DNA of 64,000 nt, taken from positions 80,445-144,444 of the forward strand of contig JAFZZS010000005.1 of NCBI GenBank assembly GCA_017615655.1, written 5' to 3'. Source of the stretch: Alphaproteobacteria bacterium. GTDB lineage: Bacteria; Pseudomonadota; Alphaproteobacteria; Rs-D84. A program made the translations under genes and the position numbers. A model generated the notes under the pieces. It worked only from the letters and a program-made list of their open reading frames with translations. It ran no database searches and was not told where the DNA came from. This document shows, in pieces, positions 1-10,497 of this stretch (the first letter of the stretch is position 1; the number at the start of each line of letters is the position of its first letter).

Positions 1-1
1 T

Positions 2-535
2 GCCCAGGCAACAGATAAAAAGGTGAACGAGGTCACGCCTGCTCTGTTCCGCGTTGCGCCAACGCCACGAAAAATGTTGGCGTTGGGATTGGATGGGTTA
101 AAGAAATATATAAAGGTTATTTCTTTCTTCAATAACAAGGCAAAAAATATCATTGCGTTATCCAAAGAATTAGCGGATATTAAAACAGATGGTGACAATT
201 TTGTGTTTCCACCTAGGTATCATAATCGTGATATTCTTATGAAATTGCCGGGTATCGGCCAAAAAACCGCAAATGTAATAATGAATGTTTTATGGGATGC
301 ACCAAATATCGGTGTTGATACACATGTATTCCGCTTGGCACATAGGTATGGGTGGGTTGATGATGGTGCGAATACACCGGAAAAAGTCGAAACAGAATTA
401 TTAAAGAAAATTCCGAAAAAGTATCATTCAATTGTAAATCACGTAATGGTCCTGTTTGGGCGGTATACATGTACCGCGTTGCGTCCAAAATGTGCAAACT
501 GTCCCATCGCCAAATGGTGCAATTATAAAAGGTAA
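2..535 (+). CDS. nth: Endonuclease III (5' partial)
   Basis: Frame is open from base 2 (AQATDKKVNEV). HhH motif LPGIGQKTAN, VDTH, and C-x6-C-x2-C-x5-C 4Fe-4S motif. Confidence 0.95.
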   Translation, partial: AQATDKKVNEVTPALFRVAPTPRKMLALGLDGLKKYIKVISFFNNKAKNIIALSKELADIKTDGDNFVFPPRYHNRDILMKLPGIGQKTANVIMNVLWDAPNIGVDTHVFRLAHRYGWVDDGANTPEKVETELLKKIPKKYHSIVNHVMVLFGRYTCTALRPKCANCPIAKWCNYKR

Positions 536-564
536 AAAAACACCGGCATTACCGGTGTTTTTTT
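534..564. terminator. Bidirectional intrinsic terminator between nth and mreB
   Basis: A7-caccgg-catta-ccggtg-T7 between convergent genes. Confidence 0.85.
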
Positions 565-576
565 AATCACTAACCA

Positions 577-1710
<1,134 letters not shown>

Positions 1711-1738
1711 TTATGTATATTCTGGTATTATTAAACAC

Positions 1739-2095
1739 ATGCGAGACACAATAAAAAAATATCAAGATTTTCGTACTGCTGATTCTGACCCATCGGCACG
1801 TTCGGCATATTTTACAATTCGTGCCAAAAAAGCCAAATTTCAGGATGATGCAAGGGTCGGTTTTGTGGCTACAAAGCGCACATTTAAACTAGCCACAGAT
1901 CGTAATCGTGCAAAACGGTTATTGCGTGATTGGGTTCGTTTTTGTTCTGATTTGATGCTGCCGCAATATGACTATATTTTTATTGCTTGTGCAAATATTT
2001 TGCACACAGAACGTGAGACAGGACGAGCTGCGATGGCCAAGGCATTGCAACATATCGTGCGCAAATATAATAAAAATGCAGGACAAGATTCTTAA
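1739..2095 (+). CDS. rnpA: Ribonuclease P protein component
   Basis: RVGFVATKR and ATDRNRAKRLLR (RNR motif). Confidence 0.9.
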   Translation: MRDTIKKYQDFRTADSDPSARSAYFTIRAKKAKFQDDARVGFVATKRTFKLATDRNRAKRLLRDWVRFCSDLMLPQYDYIFIACANILHTERETGRAAMAKALQHIVRKYNKNAGQDS

Positions 2096-2315
2096 ACTTC
2101 CACGGATGTTTGGTGTTTTTATGATACGCATATATCAATGCGTTATATCACCTGTGTTTGGTGGGCGTGCGGTTTGCAGATTTACACCAACGTGCAGTGA
2201 ATACGCAAAAATAGCAATTACACGATATGGTTTAATACGTGGAACTATTATGGGAATCCGTAGAATTCTGCGGTGCAGACCGGGTGGCGACTTTGGTTTT
2301 GACCCTGTTCCTTGA
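2076..2315 (+). CDS. yidD: Membrane protein insertion efficiency factor YidD
   Basis: YQCVISP...CRFTPTCSEY...RILRCRP...DPVP. ATG at 2076 overlaps the rnpA end. Confidence 0.92.
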   Translation: MQDKILKLPRMFGVFMIRIYQCVISPVFGGRAVCRFTPTCSEYAKIAITRYGLIRGTIMGIRRILRCRPGGDFGFDPVP

Positions 2316-2339
2316 CAAGTTATGGTTTTATGTTAAAAT
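2312..2339 (+). promoter_or_regulatory. Sigma70-type promoter for accBC
   Basis: TTGACA-16 nt-TAAAAT with a TGn extended -10. Confidence 0.6.
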
Positions 2340-2378
2340 CTTGGGGATATAGAAGTAATTTTACAAAAGGATTTTGAA

Positions 2379-2825
2379 ATGTCATTTCGTTCAACCGTAG
2401 AATCCATGTCGAAAATTATGGATGATATGGGGATTACAGAACTTGATTTAGAACGCCAGTTTTTGTTCGGCGTATACCGTAAACATATACATTTGTCAAA
2501 GCAAACCGGAACCACGGTTACTATGCCAACATTACCGGTCTCAGAAAACGCAAAACATACTACTAGCGAGCCAGCTGATGCGACAACGGCTGGTTATTCG
2601 TTAAAATCACCAATGGTTGGTGTCGCATATCTTGCTCCGGAACCAGGTGCGAAACCGTTTACCAAGGTCGGTGCCCAGATTAAAGCTGGTGATACGGTTA
2701 TATTAATCGAGGCCATGAAGACCTTTAATCCGATAAAATCTGATAAGGATGGTGTTGTCAAAGAAATTCTGGTTTCAGATGGACAGGCTGTTGAATTTGA
2801 TCAACCTTTAATCATTATTGAATAA
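2379..2825 (+). CDS. accB: Acetyl-CoA carboxylase biotin carboxyl carrier protein
   Basis: SPMVG and EAMKT biotinylation motif. Confidence 0.95.
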   Translation: MSFRSTVESMSKIMDDMGITELDLERQFLFGVYRKHIHLSKQTGTTVTMPTLPVSENAKHTTSEPADATTAGYSLKSPMVGVAYLAPEPGAKPFTKVGAQIKAGDTVILIEAMKTFNPIKSDKDGVVKEILVSDGQAVEFDQPLIIIE

Positions 2826-2831
2826 TAAACT

Positions 2832-4208
2832 ATGCCAAAAATAAAAAAAGTTTTAATCGCCAATCGTGGTGAAATTGCATTACGAATAATTCGCGCATGT
2901 CGTGATATGGGAATCAGGACGGTTGCTGTCTATTCTACCTCGGATCGTAATGCTATGCATGTTCAACTTGCTGATGAATCTGTATGTATTGGGCCGGCGG
3001 CGTCAAAAGATTCATATCTTAATGAATCTGCGATTCTTACCGCGGCACTTTTAACAAATGCTGATGCGATACATCCTGGATACGGCTTTCTATCTGAACG
3101 TGCGGATTTTGTTCAAAAGGTCGAACAACATGGTCTTATTTGGATTGGTCCAGATGCGGCGATGATAAACAAAATGGGTGATAAGGTTAATGCGAAACAG
3201 ACGGCAATCGAGTGTGGATTGCCTGTTGTCCCTGGGTCAGAGGGTGCGGTTAATAGTCTAGAAGATGCGTTAAAATGGGGTGAAAAAATTGGTTACCCTG
3301 TTATGTTAAAAGCGTCAGCTGGTGGTGGCGGGCGAGGAATGCGCCCAGTTATGTCTGCTGATCAAATGGCCGAGGCTTTCGAAATTACAAAGAACGAAGC
3401 ACGCAGTGGTTTTGGTGATGATACATTGTATATGGAAAAGCTTTTGTTGCATCCACGCCATATCGAATTTCAAGTTTTAGGCGACAAGCATGGTAATGTC
3501 GTGATATTTGGTGAACGCGATTGTTCCTTGCAGCGTAAAAATCAAAAAGTTATGGAAGAATGTCCGGCTGCGACACTTACACAAAAGCAACGTGATGATA
3601 TGATCGAAATTTGTAAGAGTGCAGCTAAAAAAATGGGTTATACAAATGCCGGAACATTCGAATTTATGTATGAAAACGGCAAATTTTATTTCTTGGAAAT
3701 GAACACCAGACTTCAAGTCGAACACCCTGTGACAGAGATGGTATATGGGGTTGATTTGGTTCGTGAGCAAATAAGAATTGCTGCAGGCGAAAAACTTGGT
3801 TATACGCAGGCGAATGTTATTCCACACGGACACGCTATTGAATTTAGAATAAATGCTGAAGATTCTGATACATTTGTTCCGTGTCCCGGTAAAATTTCGC
3901 TTTACGCCCCGTCAGGTGGTTTGGGGGTGCGCGTAGATAGTGCTGTTTATACTGGATATACAATTCCAGCAACTTACGATTCTATGATTGCGAAGTTGAT
4001 TGTTCATGCACAATCCCGTTCGGCATGTATCATGCGCGCAGAACGTGCATTAGATGAATTTGTTATCGAAGGGGTAAAAACTACGATTCCACTTCAAAAA
4101 AAGTTGCTAGGGAATCGTGATGTTCGTACATTAAACTTTGATAATCACTGGTTAGAAGAGTATTTAAAAAAAGAAACAAAGAAAGAACCCAAAAAAGAAT
4201 CAAAGTAA
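2832..4208 (+). CDS. accC: Biotin carboxylase
   Basis: LIANRGEIA, HPGYGFLSE, GGGGRGM, EMNTRLQVEHPVTE. Confidence 0.97.
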   Translation: MPKIKKVLIANRGEIALRIIRACRDMGIRTVAVYSTSDRNAMHVQLADESVCIGPAASKDSYLNESAILTAALLTNADAIHPGYGFLSERADFVQKVEQHGLIWIGPDAAMINKMGDKVNAKQTAIECGLPVVPGSEGAVNSLEDALKWGEKIGYPVMLKASAGGGGRGMRPVMSADQMAEAFEITKNEARSGFGDDTLYMEKLLLHPRHIEFQVLGDKHGNVVIFGERDCSLQRKNQKVMEECPAATLTQKQRDDMIEICKSAAKKMGYTNAGTFEFMYENGKFYFLEMNTRLQVEHPVTEMVYGVDLVREQIRIAAGEKLGYTQANVIPHGHAIEFRINAEDSDTFVPCPGKISLYAPSGGLGVRVDSAVYTGYTIPATYDSMIAKLIVHAQSRSACIMRAERALDEFVIEGVKTTIPLQKKLLGNRDVRTLNFDNHWLEEYLKKETKKEPKKESK

Positions 4209-4235
4209 AAAGACCGGTAATGCCGGTCTTTTTTT
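4207..4235. terminator. Bidirectional intrinsic terminator between accC and sspB
   Basis: A5-gaccgg-taatg-ccggtc-T7. Confidence 0.85.
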
Positions 4236-4701
4236 ATTGTTTTTTACGCCGTCTAAATTCATCCAAAGAAACGACGCGCCCATTATCAGGAATGGTATCA
4301 CCGGTTCCATCCAACGGTAACTCAATATCATTATCTGGTGCAGCGGATTCAGCACGTTTATGGAAAGATAACATAAAATCCACGGATGGATCTTTGAATT
4401 CAACCAATGCCGAAAAAGGCACACGAATAAAGAATGGGCGCCCATCAAATGTAAGTTGTACACCAAATTCTTTGTCAGAAACATGTAAATTGTTATATGA
4501 ATATTGTAAAACTATGGTCATCACATCTGGATAGCGTATACGCAAGAAATCTGGCAAAACGACACCGGTATCATGGGTCCTGAATGTTATAAAAAAGTGC
4601 ATACCATCGCCAAGACCGTTTATTTGTGCAAAAATCAACGCTTCACGCACCACAGATTTTAACGCGTTATCCAACAGTAATTGATAATCTATTTTTGCCA
4701 T
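4234..4701 (-). CDS. sspB: Alphaproteobacterial SspB-like ClpXP adaptor
   Basis: HFFITFRT..GV.LPDFL..RYPD.MTIVLQ, and a C-terminal VVSLDEFRRRK tail. Confidence 0.88.
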   Translation of the reverse strand: MAKIDYQLLLDNALKSVVREALIFAQINGLGDGMHFFITFRTHDTGVVLPDFLRIRYPDVMTIVLQYSYNNLHVSDKEFGVQLTFDGRPFFIRVPFSALVEFKDPSVDFMLSFHKRAESAAPDNDIELPLDGTGDTIPDNGRVVSLDEFRRRKKQ

Positions 4702-4711
4702 TTCTTCCTCT

Positions 4712-5788
4712 TTAACATCTATGAATTATATTATTTATTATTCCGTCAGTGCAAGAAACAAATATTGCATCTGGTACATTTGTAAAAGCGCCAGCGTCTA
4801 TTCCGGTTGCCCAAACTTGTGCATTGGCATCACCAAGTTCCGAGAATAATTTTTCTTTGGATTCTTGATCAAGATGCGCAATCGCCTCATCCAGTAATAT
4901 TATTGGGTGTGCCCCTGTTTTGGTATAAACAAGTTTTGCATGTGCCAATATTAGTTTTAAAATAGTTGTTTTTTGCTGACCCGTACTGGTCAAGTTTGCC
5001 GGCAAATTTAATGCCATATTAAATATACCAAAATCAGATTTATTTACACCATCTAGAACCATTTTATCATTAACGAGTGCACGATTTGATTTAAGATATG
5101 ATAAATAATCACGTTCTGCACTTGCGGCATTAGTTGTTAATATCATAGATTCAACCATACCATCAACAGATACCGCAATGTCTTTTAAAAAATAATTTAT
5201 TTCACCAGCATATTGAATGCGGGTCGCCGCGATAGCAACAGATACGGCGGCAATTTGAATATCCAATGCGTCAATCCAATTACCATCGGCACCATTTTTT
5301 AGTGCCCCTGCCCTTTCGTTCATAAGTTTTGTATATCTGGTAATGCGCCCCGCATGTGCAGAATCAAAACTTGCGGCAAGTCTATCAAAAAATGCCCGTC
5401 TATCAGCCGCATTGTCTACAAATATTCTATCTTCACGTGGGGTTATCCACACTATACGTAAATGACGTGCCAAATTAGATAATGGTGCGGAATCCCCATC
5501 TATTTTTGCATGTCGATTTGTATCGCCAGCATTAAAATACACACTTAGTTCTGTTTCATCAGAAATTCCTGCAAAAATAGAAAAACCACCATTACCATTA
5601 AAACGTGCAATATCAGTCATTGGTGCACCACGCATGCCACGTTCACCACCAAGCATCGAAACAGCCTCTAATATCGCAGTTTTGCCTGCGCCATTTGGTC
5701 CGGTTATAATAACATTTTTTCGCCCCATCGTTTCAATACGACAGGTTTTATGATTTCTAAAATCTGTAAGAGTAAGATATTCAATCAT
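4712..5788 (-). CDS. recF: DNA replication/repair protein RecF
   Basis: LTDFRNH, Walker A GPNGAGKT, STGQQK, LLDE. Confidence 0.93.
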   Translation of the reverse strand: MIEYLTLTDFRNHKTCRIETMGRKNVIITGPNGAGKTAILEAVSMLGGERGMRGAPMTDIARFNGNGGFSIFAGISDETELSVYFNAGDTNRHAKIDGDSAPLSNLARHLRIVWITPREDRIFVDNAADRRAFFDRLAASFDSAHAGRITRYTKLMNERAGALKNGADGNWIDALDIQIAAVSVAIAATRIQYAGEINYFLKDIAVSVDGMVESMILTTNAASAERDYLSYLKSNRALVNDKMVLDGVNKSDFGIFNMALNLPANLTSTGQQKTTILKLILAHAKLVYTKTGAHPIILLDEAIAHLDQESKEKLFSELGDANAQVWATGIDAGAFTNVPDAIFVSCTDGIINNIIHRC

Positions 5789-5852
5789 GTTACGCTTTCA
5801 GATTAAGAATTTTAACCTTTTTTTGCAAGAATAAAAGCACGATTTTTATAAG

Positions 5853-5877
5853 AAAAAAAGCGGCACAAACCGCTTTT
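5853..5877 (-). terminator. Terminator downstream of tRNA-Cys
   Basis: gcgg-tttgtg-ccgc followed by T7 on the minus strand. Confidence 0.65.
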
Positions 5878-5881
5878 ATTT

Positions 5882-5955
5882 TGGAGGCTTGGGTCGGAAT
5901 CGAACCGGCATACAAGGATTTGCAGTCCTCTGCATAACCACTCTGCCACCAAGCC
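5882..5955 (-). tRNA. tRNA-Cys(GCA)
   Basis: Cloverleaf GGCTTGG...CCAAGCC-T-CCA, anticodon loop CT-GCA-AA, TTCGATT T-loop, encoded CCA. Confidence 0.96.
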
Positions 5956-6019
5956 GTCAAACTGACTCAACAATCCTATCAAAAAAAAATACTTTTTCAA
6001 CTATAATTTTTTATATTGG

Positions 6020-7354
6020 ATGATACCGATGAAAATTACAAAATTTATGGGTGTTTTTGTAATTATACCGGCAGTATCTTTCGCGGCAGAAAATAATTGT
6101 ATGAACCGTACAACTGTACCAGATAAGGTTCTTGATTTGGTTTCGGTTGTTGAACTTGGGTTATGCAGAAACCCTGAAACAGCATCGGCATACTATTCAT
6201 TGGAATCTGCGCGATTTAATAAAAACGCCGGTTACGCAAATTATTTGCCGTCTATAAATGCCAACGTAACACTAGGAAAAAATTACCAAAATAAGAATTG
6301 GGACGAATCTCAATATGGTGCATCAATTTCTGCATCGTATTTGATTTTTGATTTTGGTAAAAGATTAGCGGATTTAAATCAATTATCTGCAATATGGCGT
6401 GCCACGGGTTTTGAATATAACGAAAGAGTTCAAAATTATATTTATGGTATAATCGGTGCATATTACGCATTGCTTAATGCGGATGCGGATATTATAAGTG
6501 CCAAAAAATCACAAGAGGTTGCAAAAACTGCACTGGATATCGCAAAAAAGAAATTTAATGCCGGCGTTGTTGCACGTGCAGACGTGTTAAAAGCCGAAAC
6601 AACATTAGCAAGTCGCGATTTAGATTTAGAACGCGCAAAAAATAATCGCGAAATCACCAAGGGCACATTACTAACGAAATTGTCTTTCTCGGCCAACCAA
6701 CATATTACAATTGCCGATATGCCCAATGAATTCGGATCCCCACATGAAAACGAAAGTATAGATAAATTAATTGAAATTGCGCGTACTAAACGCCCTGACC
6801 TGTTACGTGCAATGGCAAATAAAGATGCCGCCTGGCATAGACGTAACAGTGCGTTTCTTAAAAATTTACCATCTATAACTGCAACAGGCACAATTACATG
6901 GAATGATGATGACGCACAATTTTTTGCCACTGGTGGAAGTCATGTAAACGGTACTATTGGTATACGTGCGTCTATGCCGATATTTGCCGGATTTGCAAAT
7001 ATGTATGGCGTCCGCAGTGCAAATGCATTATACGAAGGTTCAAATGAAAATCTGCGTATCACAAATGACACTGCTGTATTGGATGTTTTTACAGCATATC
7101 AAAATTATAAAACAGCACAAAATGTCTTGGAACAGACAAAAACGTTACTTAAATCCGCAACAGAATCAGAACGCGTAACCGCGGGTATGTACCGTGTAGG
7201 GCGGGCAACGATGTTGGATTGGCAAACAGCCCAGGCCGAACTTGTTTCAGCCCAAAAGCAAAATAATGCGGCAAAATACGATTTGTTTACAAAACGTGCG
7301 GCGGTTGCGCTGGCTATTGGTGATATTAAATCAGAATTAGAAAAGGAAAAATAA
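6020..7354 (+). CDS. TolC-family outer membrane efflux protein
   Basis: Signal peptide, duplicated OEP repeats (YLPSI/NLPSI; YLIFDFG/MPIFAGF), first gene of the efflux operon. Confidence 0.9.
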   Translation: MIPMKITKFMGVFVIIPAVSFAAENNCMNRTTVPDKVLDLVSVVELGLCRNPETASAYYSLESARFNKNAGYANYLPSINANVTLGKNYQNKNWDESQYGASISASYLIFDFGKRLADLNQLSAIWRATGFEYNERVQNYIYGIIGAYYALLNADADIISAKKSQEVAKTALDIAKKKFNAGVVARADVLKAETTLASRDLDLERAKNNREITKGTLLTKLSFSANQHITIADMPNEFGSPHENESIDKLIEIARTKRPDLLRAMANKDAAWHRRNSAFLKNLPSITATGTITWNDDDAQFFATGGSHVNGTIGIRASMPIFAGFANMYGVRSANALYEGSNENLRITNDTAVLDVFTAYQNYKTAQNVLEQTKTLLKSATESERVTAGMYRVGRATMLDWQTAQAELVSAQKQNNAAKYDLFTKRAAVALAIGDIKSELEKEK

Positions 7355-8544
7355 TGGATAAAAATCAAGAATCAAAACCATCTTTTTTTAGACGAATATT
7401 TGCATTTTTATGGCGTCATAAATGGTGGTCTTTGATAACAATAATAATTTTAGTTTCTGGTTCTATATGGTGGTTTATCGCAACACGTGTTCCAAAGGCT
7501 GAATATGTAACAGTAAATGTATCACGTGGTGATATTCGTCATGTTGTAACTGCAACTGGTGAGATAAACCCGGTAAATACAGTAAGTGTCGGTTCACAAG
7601 TTTCCGGGACAATCCAAGAAATTGCGGTTGATTATAATTCTGCTGTCAAAAAAGGGGATTTATTATTAAAAATTGAACCGTCCGTACTGCAGGCAACCGT
7701 TGATGAATCCAAGGCCGCACTTGATGCTGCACAATCACAACTAAATCTTTCAAAAAATGATTATGAAAGAAATAGAACTCTTTATAACGATGGCTTTATT
7801 GCACGTGCAGAAATGGAACAATCACAGGCAAATTATGAACAAGCGATCCAATCTGTTAAACGTGCACAATCACAATATGAACGTGCCGTAACTAATCTTG
7901 GGTATGCAACAATTACATCACCTGTTGATGGAACCGTGATTGCACGTAAAGTAGACAAAGGACAAACTGTTGCGGCATCGTTTCAAACACCAGATTTATT
8001 CGAAATTGCCGAAGATTTATCTAAAATGCAAATTGAAACCGCTGTATCCGAGGCAGACATTGGTGTTATCAAAGAAGGTCAAGATGTTACGTTTACCGTA
8101 GATGCATACCCACAAAAGAAATTCAATGGTGTTGTTCGTCAAATTCGTCTTTCGCCGACAATGACATCAAATGTCGTCGTATACACGGTGGTTATTGATG
8201 TTGATAATTCTGATTTAAGTTTAATGCCAGGTATGACAGCGTTTGTTACAATACTTGTATCCGAAGCAAAGGATATATGGAAAACACAAAATGCCGCGTT
8301 TTTGGTTCGTGATTATAAAAATATAATTCAAGATATAGCAAATGATATAAAACCATCGGAAAAATTAGCAATATTGCGTGATGGTAAAATTGTATATATC
8401 CCATATACCAAGGGGTTAACAACCGCAACGGAAACACAAATTATTTCGGATAACTTAAAAATGGGCGACCAAGTTATTGTTGGGCGCATAGGACAATCTA
8501 CCAGTTCTGCAGCGACACAGGCACGCCGGCGTGGGCCATTATGA
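7354..8544 (+). CDS. MacA-like periplasmic adaptor (membrane fusion protein)
   Basis: N-terminal TM segment, VGSQVSG, ITSPVDGTV, LMPGMTA. Confidence 0.92.
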   Translation: MDKNQESKPSFFRRIFAFLWRHKWWSLITIIILVSGSIWWFIATRVPKAEYVTVNVSRGDIRHVVTATGEINPVNTVSVGSQVSGTIQEIAVDYNSAVKKGDLLLKIEPSVLQATVDESKAALDAAQSQLNLSKNDYERNRTLYNDGFIARAEMEQSQANYEQAIQSVKRAQSQYERAVTNLGYATITSPVDGTVIARKVDKGQTVAASFQTPDLFEIAEDLSKMQIETAVSEADIGVIKEGQDVTFTVDAYPQKKFNGVVRQIRLSPTMTSNVVVYTVVIDVDNSDLSLMPGMTAFVTILVSEAKDIWKTQNAAFLVRDYKNIIQDIANDIKPSEKLAILRDGKIVYIPYTKGLTTATETQIISDNLKMGDQVIVGRIGQSTSSAATQARRRGPL

Positions 8545-9272
8545 TGAAAGAAAATATAATTTTTATGAATAAAATTTGTAAGAGTTTTCCTTTGGAAATC
8601 GGTGGGGTTCAACAGGTTTTGTTTGATGTTACTTTTAATGTTCTTTCGGGTGAGTTCATCGCAATTATGGGACCATCTGGATCGGGAAAATCTACGTGTA
8701 TGAATATAATTGGTGCATTGGATACACCAACATCAGGCGTCTATGAATTATATGGAAAAAATATAACAAATATGACAAATGATGAATTGGCAAAAATAAG
8801 AAATGAATATATTGGATTTGTGTTTCAGAATTTTAACCTATTATCCAAACGTAATGTTTTAGATAACGTGATGTTGCCATTGATGTATCGCGGAATATCT
8901 ACAGAAGATCGTATTGCGCGGGCACGTGAAATGCTACGTCGAGTTGGACTTGAAAATTTTGAAACATATTTACCAACACAACTTTCCGGTGGAATGAAGC
9001 AACGTGTAGCAATTGCGCGTGCATTGGCAGGCAATCCGAAACTTATACTTGCAGACGAGCCTACTGGGGCACTAGACAGCAAGATGGGAAACGAAATCTT
9101 AAAGTTTTTTAAGCAGTTAAACAAAGACATGGGTATAACGATTATTATGATTACTCATGAATTTGAAATTGCTAAATATGCCCATCGGATTGTGCATATT
9201 TATGATGGTCGGATAAACTATGATGGTCCAGTACCGCAAAAGGAAAGCATTCTTATGAAAAACGTGAGATAA
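8541..9272 (+). CDS. MacB-type ABC transporter ATP-binding subunit
   Basis: GPSGSGKST, LSGGMKQRVAIARAL, ADEPTGALD. Confidence 0.95.
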   Translation: MMKENIIFMNKICKSFPLEIGGVQQVLFDVTFNVLSGEFIAIMGPSGSGKSTCMNIIGALDTPTSGVYELYGKNITNMTNDELAKIRNEYIGFVFQNFNLLSKRNVLDNVMLPLMYRGISTEDRIARAREMLRRVGLENFETYLPTQLSGGMKQRVAIARALAGNPKLILADEPTGALDSKMGNEILKFFKQLNKDMGITIIMITHEFEIAKYAHRIVHIYDGRINYDGPVPQKESILMKNVR

Positions 9273-9276
9273 TTTT

Positions 9277-10494
9277 ATGAGTTTTAATGATATATTAAAA
9301 GAATCTTGGTTGTCTATTAGTGGTAACAAAATTCGGTCTTTTTTGACCGTTCTTGGTATTATTATTGGTGTACTGGCGGTTGTAATAATGGTTGCTGTTG
9401 GTGAAACAGTTCAAACAGAAATTACTGATCAATTTTCATCACTTGGCACAAATACGATAGTTATACGCGCTGGTGCTGCAAGAATCGGTGGGGTTCGCAG
9501 TGGTAATATACAAACATTAACTACCGATGACGCCGAAGTAATTGCGAAATTACCCGATGTTGCAGCAGTTACACCTGTCCAGGCATCCGGTGTGCAAATT
9601 GTCTATGGAAATCAGAATTGGTCCACATCAATGATAGGTGTTTACCCTGATTATACAACCGTTCAAAGTGTAGAAATAGAACACGGTGCCTTTTTTGATC
9701 AAAGCGCAGTTAGAAACGCATCTACCCACGCTGTAATTGGTCCTAAAACAGCATTAGAACTTGGAATGGGAAAAGACCCTGTTGGTGAAGTAATTCGTGT
9801 CCAGAATGTTCCTTTTGTTATTGTTGGGGTTGCAAAAGAACGTGGTGATACCGCCATGGGTTCGCAAGACGATATGTTGATGGTACCTATAACAACATTA
9901 AAAAAACGTTTACAAGGCAGCAAATTCCCAAATTCTGTTAGTATGATTGCGCTGAAATTATTTCAAGATGCCGATAATTCCGTGGTCATTGATCAAATTT
10001 CTGCCCTGCTTCGTGATAGACACAGATTAAAAGATGGTGATGAAGATGATTTTCAGGTTATGGATATGCGACAAATTATGGAAACAATGACAACAGTTAC
10101 TGGGTATTTGAAACTTTTACTTATTGCTATTGCGGCGGTATCTTTACTTGTGGGGGCAATCGGTATTATGAATATGATGTTAGTATCTGTAGCGGAACGC
10201 ACACGTGAAATTGGTATACGCAAGGCTATCGGTGCACGCGAAAGTAATATAATAATTCAATTTCTTGCAGAATCTATCATGATATCTTTCATTGGTTCAA
10301 TGATCGGATTAGTTTTTGGGGTCGGGCTATCTCAGGGTGTGGGACGTTTTATATTGGGATACAATGTCCCATTTAGTTTGTGGCCTGTTGCACTTTCAAT
10401 CACCGTTGCTGTTGTTGTCGGGCTTGCGTCTGGGGTTATGCCTGCAATAAAAGCCGCAAAATTAAACCCAATTGACAGTTTGCGATATGAATAG
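9277..10494 (+). CDS. MacB/FtsX-type ABC transporter permease
   Basis: RSFLTVLGIIIGV, GIMNMMLVSVAERTREIGIRKAIGA, PIDSLRYE. Confidence 0.95.
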   Translation: MSFNDILKESWLSISGNKIRSFLTVLGIIIGVLAVVIMVAVGETVQTEITDQFSSLGTNTIVIRAGAARIGGVRSGNIQTLTTDDAEVIAKLPDVAAVTPVQASGVQIVYGNQNWSTSMIGVYPDYTTVQSVEIEHGAFFDQSAVRNASTHAVIGPKTALELGMGKDPVGEVIRVQNVPFVIVGVAKERGDTAMGSQDDMLMVPITTLKKRLQGSKFPNSVSMIALKLFQDADNSVVIDQISALLRDRHRLKDGDEDDFQVMDMRQIMETMTTVTGYLKLLLIAIAAVSLLVGAIGIMNMMLVSVAERTREIGIRKAIGARESNIIIQFLAESIMISFIGSMIGLVFGVGLSQGVGRFILGYNVPFSLWPVALSITVAVVVGLASGVMPAIKAAKLNPIDSLRYE

Positions 10495-10497
10495 TTT

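Noticed and set aside
5443-5451. Perfect DnaA box TTATCCACA (also at 31985-31993)
   Set aside because: Isolated single boxes inside coding sequences (recF, lptF), with no cluster or unwinding element, so not evidence of oriC.
5892-5908. C-A mismatch in the tRNA-Cys T-stem (pseudo-tRNA?)
   Set aside because: A single mismatch; all other arms, the anticodon and the CCA end are canonical.
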